The notes beneath the pieces were generated by a model that worked only from the letters and a program-made list of their open reading frames with translations, was not told the origin of the DNA and searched no databases. The translations under genes and the position numbers were made by a program. Positions 1 to 8,981 of a stretch of DNA of 64,000 nt are shown here, piece by piece. Each line of letters opens with the position of its first letter. Position 1 is the first letter of the stretch. The stretch covers positions 245,209-309,208 of the forward strand of contig CAVSDE010000006.1 of NCBI GenBank assembly GCA_963726695.1, in the 5' to 3' direction. The stretch is from an uncultured Acidimicrobiales bacterium (GTDB lineage: Bacteria > Actinomycetota > Acidimicrobiia > Acidimicrobiales > DATKAS01).

Positions 1-1
1 T

Positions 2-1096
2 GCCCGGTCGCCGGCGGGGCTCGAGAAGCTGCTGCAGGACATCGCGGCGCGTTGCGCAGGCGCAGTCGGTGAGGATGTCGCGACCGTGACCGACTGGGCG
101 CTCGCGCAGCTCGGCGAGTTCCACGGGGCGGCCAGCGTCGTCTTGGCCCGTGCCGAAGGCGGTCGGGGGGAGATGCGCATCGACCACGAGTGGGTCGCGC
201 CCGGCAGCGGTCGTCCGCGCTCGGCAGCCATCCCGAGATCTCGCTGGCGGAGCTGCAGTGGGATCACCGCGAGCCCCCGGAGTCTGGCTTCGTGATCGTC
301 TCCGATGTCGACGCCGTGCGCCTCGGCATGTCTGCGTCGCACGACATGCTGCGCGCGTTGGGCGTGCGAGCCGCGGTCGACGTCGCGATCGTCGACTCCG
401 ACATCACCATCGGCGTGCTGAGCATCCGGTTCGCACACCCCGCGGATGCGATCGCATGGGACGACGGCAACGCCTCGCTCGTGCGGACCGCTGGCGACTT
501 GTTGTGCCTCAGCGTCACACGTCAACGCGCGGAGGAGCGGCTCGCGCGGCTCGCGCACCACGATCCGCTGACGGGTCTCGCGAACCGCACGCAGCTCGCG
601 TCAGCCATGCGTCTCGCGCTCGCTCGTCGCGATCGGCGTCCGGGTCAGCCCGCGCTGCTCTTCTGCGACCTCGACGGGTTCAAGAGCGTCAACGATCAGT
701 TCGGACACTCGGCTGGTGACCGCACGCTCGTCTCCGTCGCCCGTGCGCTTTCGGCGGTCGTGCGCAGAGGCGACCTCATCGCGAGGGTCGGTGGCGACGA
801 GTTCGTCGTGCTGTGCGGTGAGCAGGAGGGCCCGGGCGAAGCGGTCGAGGTCGCCGAGCGCATCCGCGGCAGCGGTGGAGGCCCTGGGGCCGACGGATGG
901 CGTGCCGCTGCCGCTCAGCGTGAGCGTGGGCGTCGCGATGTCCGAGCCCGACGACGACGAGGACACCTTGCTCCTACGAGCCGACCGCGCGATGTACCGC
1001 GCGCAAGCACGGCGTCAGGCCGGTGGCCAGGGCGAGGTGACGAGCAGGGCGACGGAGACGAGCAGGATCACCACCGCCGTGACGATGAGCCCGTAA
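2..1096 (+). pseudogene. GAF-GGDEF diguanylate cyclase, 5'-partial (runs off window start), reading frame broken twice
   Basis: Frame 2 is open from nt 2 (WALAQLGEFHGAASVVLARAEGGRGEMRIDHEWVAPGS, GAF-like). It continues in frame 1 from ~220 (LARLAHHDPLTGLANR...FCDLDGFKSVNDQFGHSAGD...RVGGDEFVV, the GGDEF core). The C-terminal part (LPLSVSVGVAMSEPDDDEDTLLLRADRAMYRA) is back in frame 2 from ~868. The 790-aa track ORF 190-2562 is a read-through artefact. Confidence 0.7.
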
Positions 1097-1716
1097 CGGG
1101 CAACCTTGATCGGGAAGTGACCGCTGATCCCGACGAGGAACAGCACCGAGGCCAGGAAGACGGTGATGCGGACGTAGCGGTCGGCGTGCTCGGCCGCCTT
1201 TGCCCCCTCGATGGCGTGTTCATCCGCCGTTGCGTCCAGATCGGCTGCCTCCGCGAGCTCGGGCTGCTTGTACTCCGGCATGAACGTCGGACCGGGCGGC
1301 GCATCAGGGTTGTTCAACGGGTCAGTGGCGATCCAGGCAGTGAAGGCAACGGCGAACTCGGGCCGAAACCGTCGTTCGGCGATGTCCGCAGCCTTGATGT
1401 TTCCGAGCGCCTCAGCGGCGAACCACGCGTTGAACGTCAGATCGTCGATCTCTTTGTTCGCCGCCGCCGTGCCCGCGGCCCGGTTCGCCTCGAGCCGCGC
1501 GGTGTTGCCGGCGGCGAGGAGGAGGCGAGACTCGGTGCTCCACTTCGCAGACGCGAAGCCCGACCACGCGGCCATGAGCGCGACCATCGCGAGCAGCGCG
1601 GCTTCGATGATCGTGATGGTGCGGTCACGACCGGTCATCTCGTGGCGCAGGGTGTGCTCGCGATGCTCGGCGATCTTCTCGCCCACCTCGGCCGCGCCGA
1701 GGCCCGCTTCCCCCAT
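1015..1716 (-). CDS. Hypothetical membrane protein (DUF4337-like: N-terminal helix, TM, long Ala-rich helical region, C-terminal TM pair)
   Basis: Intact 233-aa ORF. Hydrophobic segments ITIIEAALLAMVALMAAWSGF and VFLASVLFLVGISGHF / GLIVTAVVILLVSVALLV. No enzyme motif recognised. Confidence 0.6.
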   Translation of the reverse strand: MGEAGLGAAEVGEKIAEHREHTLRHEMTGRDRTITIIEAALLAMVALMAAWSGFASAKWSTESRLLLAAGNTARLEANRAAGTAAANKEIDDLTFNAWFAAEALGNIKAADIAERRFRPEFAVAFTAWIATDPLNNPDAPPGPTFMPEYKQPELAEAADLDATADEHAIEGAKAAEHADRYVRITVFLASVLFLVGISGHFPIKVARYGLIVTAVVILLVSVALLVTSPWPPA

Positions 1717-1731
1717 GTGGTCAGTCCCGCG

Positions 1732-2328
1732 CTATTTGGGGTCGCGCCACATGAGCCATTGCTTCGGACCGTCGTTCTTGTGCGTGACCTCCTCACGCAC
1801 CTCGAACCCGAAGTGCCGGTAGTACGGGACGTTCACGTCCTTCGACGACTCGAGATAGGCACCGACTCCTTCGGCGTCGCACTTCGCGAGCACGGGTTCC
1901 ATGACCGCGCCACCGAGACCCTTGCGCTGATGCGCGGGATCGGTGCCGAGGAACTCGAGGTAGTAGTGCGGCTCCTTCGGGTGGTGCTTCTCGAGCAGGT
2001 TGAGCGCTTCGAGCGCCGACACGAACTGGCGGGCGCCGAAGACGCTGAGGAACCCTGGCGTCGCCTTCAGGATCCCCATCGGCGGCACCTTCCACTTGTC
2101 CGGTGGGGCCCAGATCGCGGCGGCCTCACACTGCTCGGTCACGTAGGAGTTCTCGTGCGGCAGCTGCATCTTGGTCATGAGCTTGAAGAACTTGATGCCC
2201 TTCTCGAAGGGCAGGTCCTGCGTGCCGAGGAGGAAGTTCATGACGGGGTCGTCGAAGAAGGCCCTCGAGAGCGACGCAGACAGCGGGGCGATGTCGCCGG
2301 CATTGGCCAGGCGCACGGTGACGGTCAT
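1732..2328 (-). CDS. GNAT family N-acetyltransferase
   Basis: Start taken at MTVTVRLANAGDI. The longer track ORF to 2427 runs through the antisense of the tRNA. Acetyl-CoA motif region YLEFLGTDPAHQRKGLGGAVMEPVL and C-terminal YYRHFGFEV are typical of GNAT. Confidence 0.85.
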   Translation of the reverse strand: MTVTVRLANAGDIAPLSASLSRAFFDDPVMNFLLGTQDLPFEKGIKFFKLMTKMQLPHENSYVTEQCEAAAIWAPPDKWKVPPMGILKATPGFLSVFGARQFVSALEALNLLEKHHPKEPHYYLEFLGTDPAHQRKGLGGAVMEPVLAKCDAEGVGAYLESSKDVNVPYYRHFGFEVREEVTHKNDGPKQWLMWRDPK

Positions 2329-2400
2329 CGCCGGAGGGTAACCCGGGTCGTGCCGGGGCGGATCTCTCAAGTGCGCCCGCCTACCATGAAGGGCCCGCAA

Positions 2401-2473
2401 GGGGACGTAGCTCAGCTGGAAGAGCACCTGCTTTGCAAGCAGGGGGTCGTGGGTTCGAGTCCCATCGTCTCCA
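2401..2473 (+). tRNA. tRNA-Ala (anticodon TGC)
   Basis: Cloverleaf read by hand: acceptor GGGGACG/CGTCTCC with the G3:U70 alanine identity pair, anticodon loop TTTGCAA, T-arm GGGTTCGAGTCCC. No encoded CCA. Confidence 0.95.
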
Positions 2474-2485
2474 CTCCTCGTCCGC

Positions 2486-2962
2486 TCAGGCGTCGCCGCC
2501 CATGTAGGCCTGCATCCGCCGTTGCATCTCCTCGGGGTCGACGTCCTCGATGTGCGTGCTGATCATCCACTGGTGGCCGAACGGATCGCGCACCCGCCCA
2601 CCGCGGTCGCCGTAGAAGTGGTTGTCGAGCGCGTAGATCACTTCGCAGCCGGCGGCCAGTGCTCTGTCCCACACGGCGTCGACGTCGGGAACGTTCAGCG
2701 CCATCACCGCGGTGACCTTCCCGCCCACCGAGCTCGGTGCCGACCCGTTCTCGTCGCCCTCGTCGGTGACGAAGACGACTGAGTCGCCGATGCGGATCTC
2801 CGCGTGGATGACCCCGCCATCGGGATCGACGAAGGACTCACCGATCGGCTCGGCGCCGAACGCCTTGCCGTAGAACTCGATCGCCTCGGCCGCTTGATGC
2901 GCGAAGACCATCCGCGTGGTGATCGTGTGCAGGCGCTCGGGAACAGGCTCGACGGTGCTCAT
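2486..2962 (-). CDS. VOC/glyoxalase family protein (PhnB-like)
   Basis: Start at MSTVEPVPERLHTITTRMVF. Sequence AIEFYGKAFGAE...VIHAEIRIGDSVVFVTDE...YGDRGGRVRDPFGHQWMIS is typical of the VOC fold. ATGA overlap with the upstream PhyH gene. Confidence 0.85.
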   Translation of the reverse strand: MSTVEPVPERLHTITTRMVFAHQAAEAIEFYGKAFGAEPIGESFVDPDGGVIHAEIRIGDSVVFVTDEGDENGSAPSSVGGKVTAVMALNVPDVDAVWDRALAAGCEVIYALDNHFYGDRGGRVRDPFGHQWMISTHIEDVDPEEMQRRMQAYMGGDA

Positions 2963-3765
2963 GCACTCATCATTGCCCGGCGCACGGGTTCGTATTCCGT
3001 GAGCGGGTCGAGGAACGTCGCGCTCCACCTCGTGCGGTGGTCGGGACTGCCGAGGCGGTAGTAGAGCATCCGCCTCGTCGTGGTCGTGAGGTTGCCGCCG
3101 GTGTTGTGACCGAGCAGGAAGTGTGCGAGGAGGAGGTCTCCGCGACGTCCGAGTACGGGAACCGGCGGGCCGAGACGCGGCGGATCGTCGAGCATCGTGA
3201 TGTGGCCGCCGGTCGTCATCAGGACGTCCGTGCCGCGGTCGTGGAAGAGCTGCTGGTGCACGAGGTGCGACCCCGGCCACACCCACACACTCCCCATGTC
3301 GACCTCGGTCTCGTCGCTGAGGAAGATGCCGGCGAGCAAGGTGAAGGAGTCGGGCGCTTGCTGGCCAGGGTGCTGCCGCACGTGACCGTCGATGTGAGGC
3401 CCGCCGGGTCGATGGGCGTGGGGCGGAATGTTCAGCGCGACCTGGATGTGGTCCAGGATCAGCCCGAGCGGCTCGGGCGCGGTGAGCTCCTCCGCGATCG
3501 AGCGTGCGCCGGATTCGTCGAGCGCCGCGACCGCGGCCGGGAGCTGCGCAGGCGGCAGGAACCAGAAGTGCTTGCCCTCAGTGCCGGAGGGGACGGGGTC
3601 GGCGTCGAGCAGCGCGTCGATCTCGGCGTCGGCGGCGGCCAGCAACGTCTCGTCGACGACGCTCGGGATCACGAGGTAGCCGCCCTCGCCGAACTCGCGC
3701 AGCTGGTCGTCGGTCAGACCCACGCCCCAGATTCTGTGATGGAAAACGCGCCAGATCTGGCGCAT
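2959..3765 (-). CDS. Phytanoyl-CoA dioxygenase (PhyH) family Fe(II)/2-oxoglutarate oxygenase
   Basis: LTDDQLREFGEGGYLVIPSVV N-terminus, HxD-type metal site region GGPHIDGH, and late GDLLLAHFLLGHNTGGN. The true start may be the GTG at ~3726 (VGLTDDQL). Confidence 0.85.
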   Translation of the reverse strand: MRQIWRVFHHRIWGVGLTDDQLREFGEGGYLVIPSVVDETLLAAADAEIDALLDADPVPSGTEGKHFWFLPPAQLPAAVAALDESGARSIAEELTAPEPLGLILDHIQVALNIPPHAHRPGGPHIDGHVRQHPGQQAPDSFTLLAGIFLSDETEVDMGSVWVWPGSHLVHQQLFHDRGTDVLMTTGGHITMLDDPPRLGPPVPVLGRRGDLLLAHFLLGHNTGGNLTTTTRRMLYYRLGSPDHRTRWSATFLDPLTEYEPVRRAMMSA

Positions 3766-3794
3766 TTCTCAGCGCGGATGCTGAACTGCGGTTC

Positions 3795-4052
3795 GTGCGA
3801 CATGCGCGTGACGAAGCGCTCGACGCGCTCGAACCGGTCCTGGTGCAGCTGCGCGCGCGTCCCGAGCTGACCGAGCGCTCGCGCGGCACCTTCTATCGCA
3901 AGAGCCAAGCATTTCTGCACTTCCACGAAGACCCGGCTGGCGTCTTCGCCGACGTGCGCCTGACGCCCGGCGACTTCACGCGGATGCGGGTGAGCACGAA
4001 CGCTGAGCAGCGCGCGTTCATGTCGGCGGTGCGCGCTGCCCTCAGCCGGTGA
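3795..4052 (+). CDS. Small hypothetical protein (~85 aa)
   Basis: Only the 3' part of track ORF 3504-4052 looks coding (RGTFYRKSQAFLHFHEDPAGVFADVRLTPGDFTRMRVSTNAEQRAFMSAV). The upstream part is antisense of the PhyH gene. GTG start at 3795 is a guess. Confidence 0.4.
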   Translation: MRHARDEALDALEPVLVQLRARPELTERSRGTFYRKSQAFLHFHEDPAGVFADVRLTPGDFTRMRVSTNAEQRAFMSAVRAALSR

Positions 4053-4464
4053 GGCCGTACCAGGCGCGGCGCTCGAACGTGTCGGGCTCGAGCCGCCAGG
4101 TGCGCACCAGGCCGTTCACCACGTCGGCGACCCAGATCAGCGTGAGCTTCCCCTCGTCGGGGTCGGCCAGCTCGAGGTGCGAGCCGGTCGTGTGGCCCAG
4201 CACCGCGACCCACTGATCGCGGCGCCCGATCGCCTCCTCGTAGATGTGGTAGCTCGGCCAGGATGACGCATAGCCGCGCCACGCCTCGATGTTCGCGTCG
4301 CGGCCGGCGAACGGCGCCTCGTCGAACACCTCGAGCGTGTGGTCGGGGGCCATCAGCTGCCCGAGCCCTTCGACGTCGGCCGCGTTGATGCGGGCGATGA
4401 ACTCACGCACGACCGCGACGTCGTCCATGGAGATGTCTTCCCACATCCGAGCGCACCGATGCAA
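4042..4464 (-). CDS. SnoaL-like / NTF2 family protein
   Basis: VVREFIARINAADVEGLGQLMAPDHTLEVF...WRGYASSWPSYHIYEEAI...LIWVADVVNGLVRTWRL is the usual SnoaL-like pattern. The real start is possibly the internal MDDVAVV (4428). Confidence 0.75.
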   Translation of the reverse strand: MHRCARMWEDISMDDVAVVREFIARINAADVEGLGQLMAPDHTLEVFDEAPFAGRDANIEAWRGYASSWPSYHIYEEAIGRRDQWVAVLGHTTGSHLELADPDEGKLTLIWVADVVNGLVRTWRLEPDTFERRAWYGLTG

Positions 4465-4684
4465 CTGTCACGCTGACTCATCCGCAGCATCAGCACTGGC
4501 GCGTCTGACGGGAGCACACGGCGGTGATCGTGCCCGCACCTGGGGGTGCGTCGGTGTTCGGGCACGACATCCCCTCCCTTGCCGAGCTCGGTGCTGGCCT
4601 CCTCGTCGCAGTCGGGTCCGGTGACGACGATGCAGACACCGTGACGATTGGCCACAACCTCGCCGCGGGCAGGCCGCGCTCGGC

Positions 4685-5146
4685 TTAACGCCAGTGGTGC
4701 ACGGCGGTCAGACGCTGCACGACTTCGTCGAACCGCGGCTTGTCGAGGGCGCCTCCCTCGCGGCGAACGGCAGTCGGATCGACGAGCAGCAGACGGTCGA
4801 GCTTCACGTAGGACGGCCGTCCCGACCTGTCCCACGGACCCGTGCCGACCTCCATGTTGTCGGGATGGTCGGTGTGGTCCTTCGAGGTGAAGGGGATTGC
4901 CACGAGACGATCGTGGTCCCAGCCGATCACCAGCACAGGTCGGTCCTTGCCCTGAGCGGGATCGTCCTCGTATGGCACCCACGTCCACACGACCTCACCT
5001 GGATCGGCGTCGCCGTCCGCTCGTGGCGCGTAGCTGATCGCCGGCTTGGTGTCCGGCCTGGCGGTGACGACACCTGAGTGCGCGGTCGGAGCGGGTGGCT
5101 TTGGCGCGGGTCGGACGAGCGACCGCAGCATCGAACGCAGGCCCAT
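4685..5146 (-). CDS. PemK/MazF-like toxin-fold protein (actinobacterial ~150-aa type), no antitoxin gene visible
   Basis: PGEVVWTWVPYEDDPAQGKDRPVLVIG...AIPFTSKDH...SYVKLDRLLLVDP matches the SH3-like PemK growth-inhibitor pattern. Preceded by a Pro/Ala-rich N-terminal extension. Confidence 0.7.
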   Translation of the reverse strand: MGLRSMLRSLVRPAPKPPAPTAHSGVVTARPDTKPAISYAPRADGDADPGEVVWTWVPYEDDPAQGKDRPVLVIGWDHDRLVAIPFTSKDHTDHPDNMEVGTGPWDRSGRPSYVKLDRLLLVDPTAVRREGGALDKPRFDEVVQRLTAVHHWR

Positions 5147-5148
5147 GG

Positions 5149-5643
5149 CTACGCCCGCACCGCCGCCGGACGCCGTCGTGAGCTGATCACTCCGGTGTCG
5201 AACCCGGACAGGTGCAGCCCGCCGTGGAAGCGGGCGTGCTCGATCTTCAGGCAGCGGTTCATCACGACGTCGAGGCCCGCGTCATGCGCCTTCTGCGCGG
5301 CTTCGAGGTTGAAGAGGCCGAGCTGCACCCACATCGTCTTCGCGCCGTGGGCGATCACTTCGTCGGCGACGCCGGGCAGATCTTCGTTCTTGCGAAACAC
5401 GTCGACCAGATCAACGGTCACGGGAAGCGCGTCGAGGGAGGGGTACACCTTGTGGCCGAGGATCTCGTCCGCGCTCGGGTTCACGAAGTACACGTCGAAG
5501 TCGGTGCTCGACGAGACGAGGTACGTGGCGACGAAGTAGCTCGGCCGCGCCGGGTTCGACGACGCGCCGTACAGCGCGACCGACTGCGTGCGCTGGATGA
5601 TCGCGAGCCGCTCACGCGCGGTCGGCGGGATCCATTCGCTCAC
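5149..5643 (-). CDS. CoA-binding domain protein (YccU/YneT type)
   Basis: SVALYGASSNPARPSYFVATYL...KVYPSLDALPVTVDLVDVFR...GAKTMWVQLGL is typical of the CoA_binding_2 fold. 4-nt overlap with metY. Confidence 0.85.
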   Translation of the reverse strand: MSEWIPPTARERLAIIQRTQSVALYGASSNPARPSYFVATYLVSSSTDFDVYFVNPSADEILGHKVYPSLDALPVTVDLVDVFRKNEDLPGVADEVIAHGAKTMWVQLGLFNLEAAQKAHDAGLDVVMNRCLKIEHARFHGGLHLSGFDTGVISSRRRPAAVRA

Positions 5644-6929
5644 GCGCCCGCTGCCTTGTCGAGCGCGCGGTCGATGTCGCGGATGATGTCGTCGACGTCC
5701 TCGATCCCGACGGAGATGCGGATGAGGTCAGGGCTGACCCCTGCACCGACGAGCGCGTCCTCGTCGAGCTGCTGGTGCGTGGTCGATCCGGGATGGATGA
5801 CGAGGGTGCGGGTGTCGCCGATGTTGGCGAGGTGACTGCACATCTCGACTGCCTCGGTGAAGGCCTGGCCCGCGGCGCGTCCGCCCTTCACGCCGAACGC
5901 GAACACCGCCCCCGGGCCCTTCGGTAGATACCGCTTTGCCCGCTCGTGATACGGGGAGTCGGGCAGGCCGGCGAACTTGACCCACGACACTCGATGATCG
6001 GCGGCGAGGAACTCGGCGACAGTCTGCGCGTTCTTCACGTGCTGCTCCATGCGGAGCGCGAGCGTCTCGAGCCCCATGAGGAACAGCCACGCGTTGAACG
6101 GCGAGAGGGCGGCACCGAAGTCGCGGAGCTGTTCGACCCGCAATCGCATGCAGAACCCGTACTCGGCGAAGTTCTCCCAGAACCGGAGCCCGTTGTACGC
6201 CGCCACAGGCTCGGTCATCTGCGGGAACCGCCCGGAGTCCCACGGGAACCGCCCCGACTCGACCACGATGCCGCCGAGCGACGTGCCATGGCCGCCGATG
6301 AACTTCGTCGCGGAGTGCAGGACGATGTCGGCGCCGTGCTCGATCGGGCGGCACAGGTACGGGGTCGCCATCGTGCTGTCGACCACGAGCGGGAGGTCGG
6401 CTGCGTGGGCGACATCCGCGAGCCCCGCGAGATCCGCGATCGAGCCTGACGGGTTTCCGATCACCTCGGTGTAGATCGCCTTCGTGTTCGGTCGGACCGC
6501 TGCCGCGTAGGCATCGGGCGCGTCATCCGCGACGAACGTCGTGTCGATGCCGAGTCGCCGAAGCGAGACGTCGAGGAGCGTGCGGGTGCCGCCGTAAAGC
6601 TGCGCGCTCGCGACGATGTGGTCACCTGAGCCGGCGAGCGCGGTGAACGTCAGCAGCTCGGCCGCCTGCCCGCTCGACGTCGCGACGCCACCGATCGCAC
6701 CTTCGAGGCTCGCGACTCGTTCCTCGAAGCTCGCCACCGTCGGGTTCATGATGCGCGTGTAGATGTTCCCGAATTTCTGCAGCGCGAAGAGGTCGGCAGC
6801 GTCGGCCGAGTCCTCGAAGACGAACGCGGTGGTCTGGTAGATCGGCACGGCACGCGCGCCGGTCGTCGGATCGGGGCCCGCACCCGCATGCACTGCGCGC
6901 GTGCGGAACCCATAGGTCTCTTCCGGCAC
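5640..6929 (-). CDS. metY: O-acetylhomoserine sulfhydrylase / aminocarboxypropyltransferase (PLP-dependent)
   Basis: Intact 429 aa. MPEETYGFRTRAVHAGAGPDPTTGARAVPIYQTTAFVF, SATKFIGGHG (PLP-lysine motif), C-terminal IRISVGIEDVDDIIRDI. Confidence 0.92.
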   Translation of the reverse strand: MPEETYGFRTRAVHAGAGPDPTTGARAVPIYQTTAFVFEDSADAADLFALQKFGNIYTRIMNPTVASFEERVASLEGAIGGVATSSGQAAELLTFTALAGSGDHIVASAQLYGGTRTLLDVSLRRLGIDTTFVADDAPDAYAAAVRPNTKAIYTEVIGNPSGSIADLAGLADVAHAADLPLVVDSTMATPYLCRPIEHGADIVLHSATKFIGGHGTSLGGIVVESGRFPWDSGRFPQMTEPVAAYNGLRFWENFAEYGFCMRLRVEQLRDFGAALSPFNAWLFLMGLETLALRMEQHVKNAQTVAEFLAADHRVSWVKFAGLPDSPYHERAKRYLPKGPGAVFAFGVKGGRAAGQAFTEAVEMCSHLANIGDTRTLVIHPGSTTHQQLDEDALVGAGVSPDLIRISVGIEDVDDIIRDIDRALDKAAGA

Positions 6930-6938
6930 TGCTCCCCC

Positions 6939-7583
6939 TCAGCTGAAGTCGGGACGGCCGCGGTTCGTGCGCTTCAGCTCGAACAGGCCAGGCACGCGGG
7001 CGAGACGCTCGACGGTGTCCCAGATCTCGGTGGCCTCGGCGCCTCGCGGGATGCGATTCAGCACCGGTCCGAAGAAGGAGACCTCCTCGATCGTGCCCGG
7101 TGAGAACGTGATGATCGGCGTGCCGACGTCGTTGCCCGTGCGACCGAGCGCGACCGCGGTCTCTTCGCGCAGCACGTCGTCCCACTTCTCGTCATCCACG
7201 GCGGTTGCGACCTCGCTGCCGAGGCCTGCGGCGCTGATCGCCTCGTCGATCAGGGAGAAGTTGCCCTCCCGGATCTCTGACGTGCCTCGGCCTTGGAGGT
7301 GGAGCCGGTTGCCGAGCTCGGTGTAGAGCCGGGCAACCGCGTCGTTGCCGGCCGAGACCTTCGCGGCTGCGGCAGCGCGGAGCATCATGCGGCCGGCGCC
7401 GTGCACTCGGCCGTACGGCGACGTCGGATCCTGCTCGAACGCCTTCTCCTCGTTCACGATGCGCAGGCAGATGAAACGCCAGTCGACCTCGTAGCCACGT
7501 TGGTCGGCCACCTCGACGACCCACCTGCTCGTCACCCATGCCCATGGGCAAACCGGATCGAAGAAGAACTCGAGGTCGGCCAT
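6939..7583 (-). CDS. DsbA-family thiol reductase, Rv2466c-like (mycothiol-dependent reductase family)
   Basis: Collinear by eye with M. tuberculosis Rv2466c (FFDPVCPWAW..SRW..EV...GTPIITF....FFGPVLNRIPRGAEA..IWD....FELKRT). The active site reads CPWA here rather than CPWC. Confidence 0.85.
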   Translation of the reverse strand: MADLEFFFDPVCPWAWVTSRWVVEVADQRGYEVDWRFICLRIVNEEKAFEQDPTSPYGRVHGAGRMMLRAAAAAKVSAGNDAVARLYTELGNRLHLQGRGTSEIREGNFSLIDEAISAAGLGSEVATAVDDEKWDDVLREETAVALGRTGNDVGTPIITFSPGTIEEVSFFGPVLNRIPRGAEATEIWDTVERLARVPGLFELKRTNRGRPDFS

Positions 7584-7587
7584 GGCG

Positions 7588-8970
7588 TCAGGCTACGGGA
7601 AGCCCGGCAGCCACCCACCCGGTGAAGCCGCCGAGCAGATCGGACACATCGTCGAAGCCGCGGGCGTTCAGCACGCTCGCGGCGATGCTCGACCGGTACC
7701 CGCCCTCGCAGTACGCCACGGTCGGGCGATTCGGGTCGAGCTCGTCGAGTCGGGTCACGAGCTCGGCCAGCGGGATGCTCCTCGCTCCCGGGATGACCCC
7801 GGCTTCGATCTCGCCCGCACCCCGGACGTCCACGAGCTGCAGGTCGTCCTCGTGCAGCAGGTCCCCGAGCTCCTTCGCCGTCAGCCGCGACGCAGGTGAG
7901 ATCAACACGGGATGGTCGAGGAACCCCGTGACAGGGCCGCGCAGCGCGCCGACGACGGTGTCGAACCCGATGCGGGCGAGCCGTACCCGCGCCTCGACTT
8001 CGCGACCGGGAGGCGTGATGAGGACGATCGGCGTGCCCGCCGCGATCACCTCGCCGCAGTACTCCGCGAACCGGCCGCCGAGACCGACGTTGATCGAACC
8101 CTGCACATGGCCGGTCGCGTAGTCGATGTCGTCGCGACAGTCGACGATCACCGCTCCCTCGCGCTGACGCTCCATCATCTCGGTGAAGGAGAGCGAAGCC
8201 GGAGGGGCTTCCTCGTCGAGGAGCGGACGCGTCTCACGGTTTCGGTTCGCGCTGAAGGCGAAGTAGAGGGGCGCGGCCGCTTGGCCTTGGAGCACTGCGT
8301 CCACGAACTGATCCTCGCTCATGGGCCGCAGCGCGTAGTTCCATCGCCGTTGCTCCCCGATCGTCGACTCGGTCTCGGTCGAGAGATGCTTGCCGCACGC
8401 CGACCCCGCGCCATGCGCCGGGTACACACGGGTCTCGTCGGGAAGCGTGAGCAGCTTGTCGCGAAGCGACCGATAGAGGAGGCGAGCGAGGTCGTCGGCC
8501 GACTCGCCCGCGGCCGAGAGCAGATCGGGTCGGCCGACGTCGCCGATGAACAGGGTGTCGCCGGTGAGCACGCCGTACGGCACGTCGTCGCCCGAGCGCT
8601 CGCGCACGACGAGGCTGATCGACTCCGGCGTGTGGCCCGGGGTGGAGAGCACGGTGAGCGTCACCTCGCCGAGCGTGAGGACCTGGCCGTCGCGCAGGAA
8701 CTCCGCGTCGTAGTCGACCTTGCCCTTGCCGGCCTCGCCGAACGCGATCGTGGCGCCTTGCTCCGCGAGCTCGAGATGACCGGAGAGGAAGTCCGCGTGG
8801 AAGTGGGTCTCGATCACGGTCTCGATGTGCAGGCCGTGATCAGCGGCGTCGCTGAGGTACTGCTCGACGTCCCGTTGCGGGTCGACGACCACGGCACGAC
8901 CGGTGGTGGTGTCGCCGATCAGGTACGAGGCGTGGGACAGGCATCCCAGGTAGTACTGGCGGAAGAACAC
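7588..8970 (-). CDS. MBL-fold persulfide-dioxygenase-like domain fused to two rhodanese domains
   Basis: GTG start at VFFRQYYLGCLSHASYLIGD. Metal motif THFHADFLSGH. The second rhodanese carries the active-site loop CEGGYRS. The track ORF start at 9096 is probably too far upstream. Confidence 0.85.
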   Translation of the reverse strand: MFFRQYYLGCLSHASYLIGDTTTGRAVVVDPQRDVEQYLSDAADHGLHIETVIETHFHADFLSGHLELAEQGATIAFGEAGKGKVDYDAEFLRDGQVLTLGEVTLTVLSTPGHTPESISLVVRERSGDDVPYGVLTGDTLFIGDVGRPDLLSAAGESADDLARLLYRSLRDKLLTLPDETRVYPAHGAGSACGKHLSTETESTIGEQRRWNYALRPMSEDQFVDAVLQGQAAAPLYFAFSANRNRETRPLLDEEAPPASLSFTEMMERQREGAVIVDCRDDIDYATGHVQGSINVGLGGRFAEYCGEVIAAGTPIVLITPPGREVEARVRLARIGFDTVVGALRGPVTGFLDHPVLISPASRLTAKELGDLLHEDDLQLVDVRGAGEIEAGVIPGARSIPLAELVTRLDELDPNRPTVAYCEGGYRSSIAASVLNARGFDDVSDLLGGFTGWVAAGLPVA

Positions 8971-8981
8971 CGCGGCCGAGC

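Noticed and set aside
190-2562. 790-aa plus-strand ORF spanning the GGDEF gene, two minus-strand genes and the tRNA
   Set aside because: Only its first ~225 aa look like protein (GAF-GGDEF). The rest is read-through over the antisense of well-supported minus-strand genes and across tRNA-Ala.
2401-4052. Genomic island integrated at tRNA-Ala (VOC, PhyH and small hypothetical genes next to the tRNA)
   Set aside because: There is no integrase or recombinase gene. I found no direct repeat of the tRNA 3' end. The composition does not visibly differ from the flanks.
4490-4570. 26-codon minus-strand ORF MSCPNTDAPPGAGTITAVCSRQTRQC preceded by AAGGGAGGGG (possible Cys-rich peptide or RiPP precursor)
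   Set aside because: It is too short to support. The purine-rich run abuts the ATG with essentially no spacing. No modifying-enzyme genes are nearby. ORFs of this size arise easily by chance.
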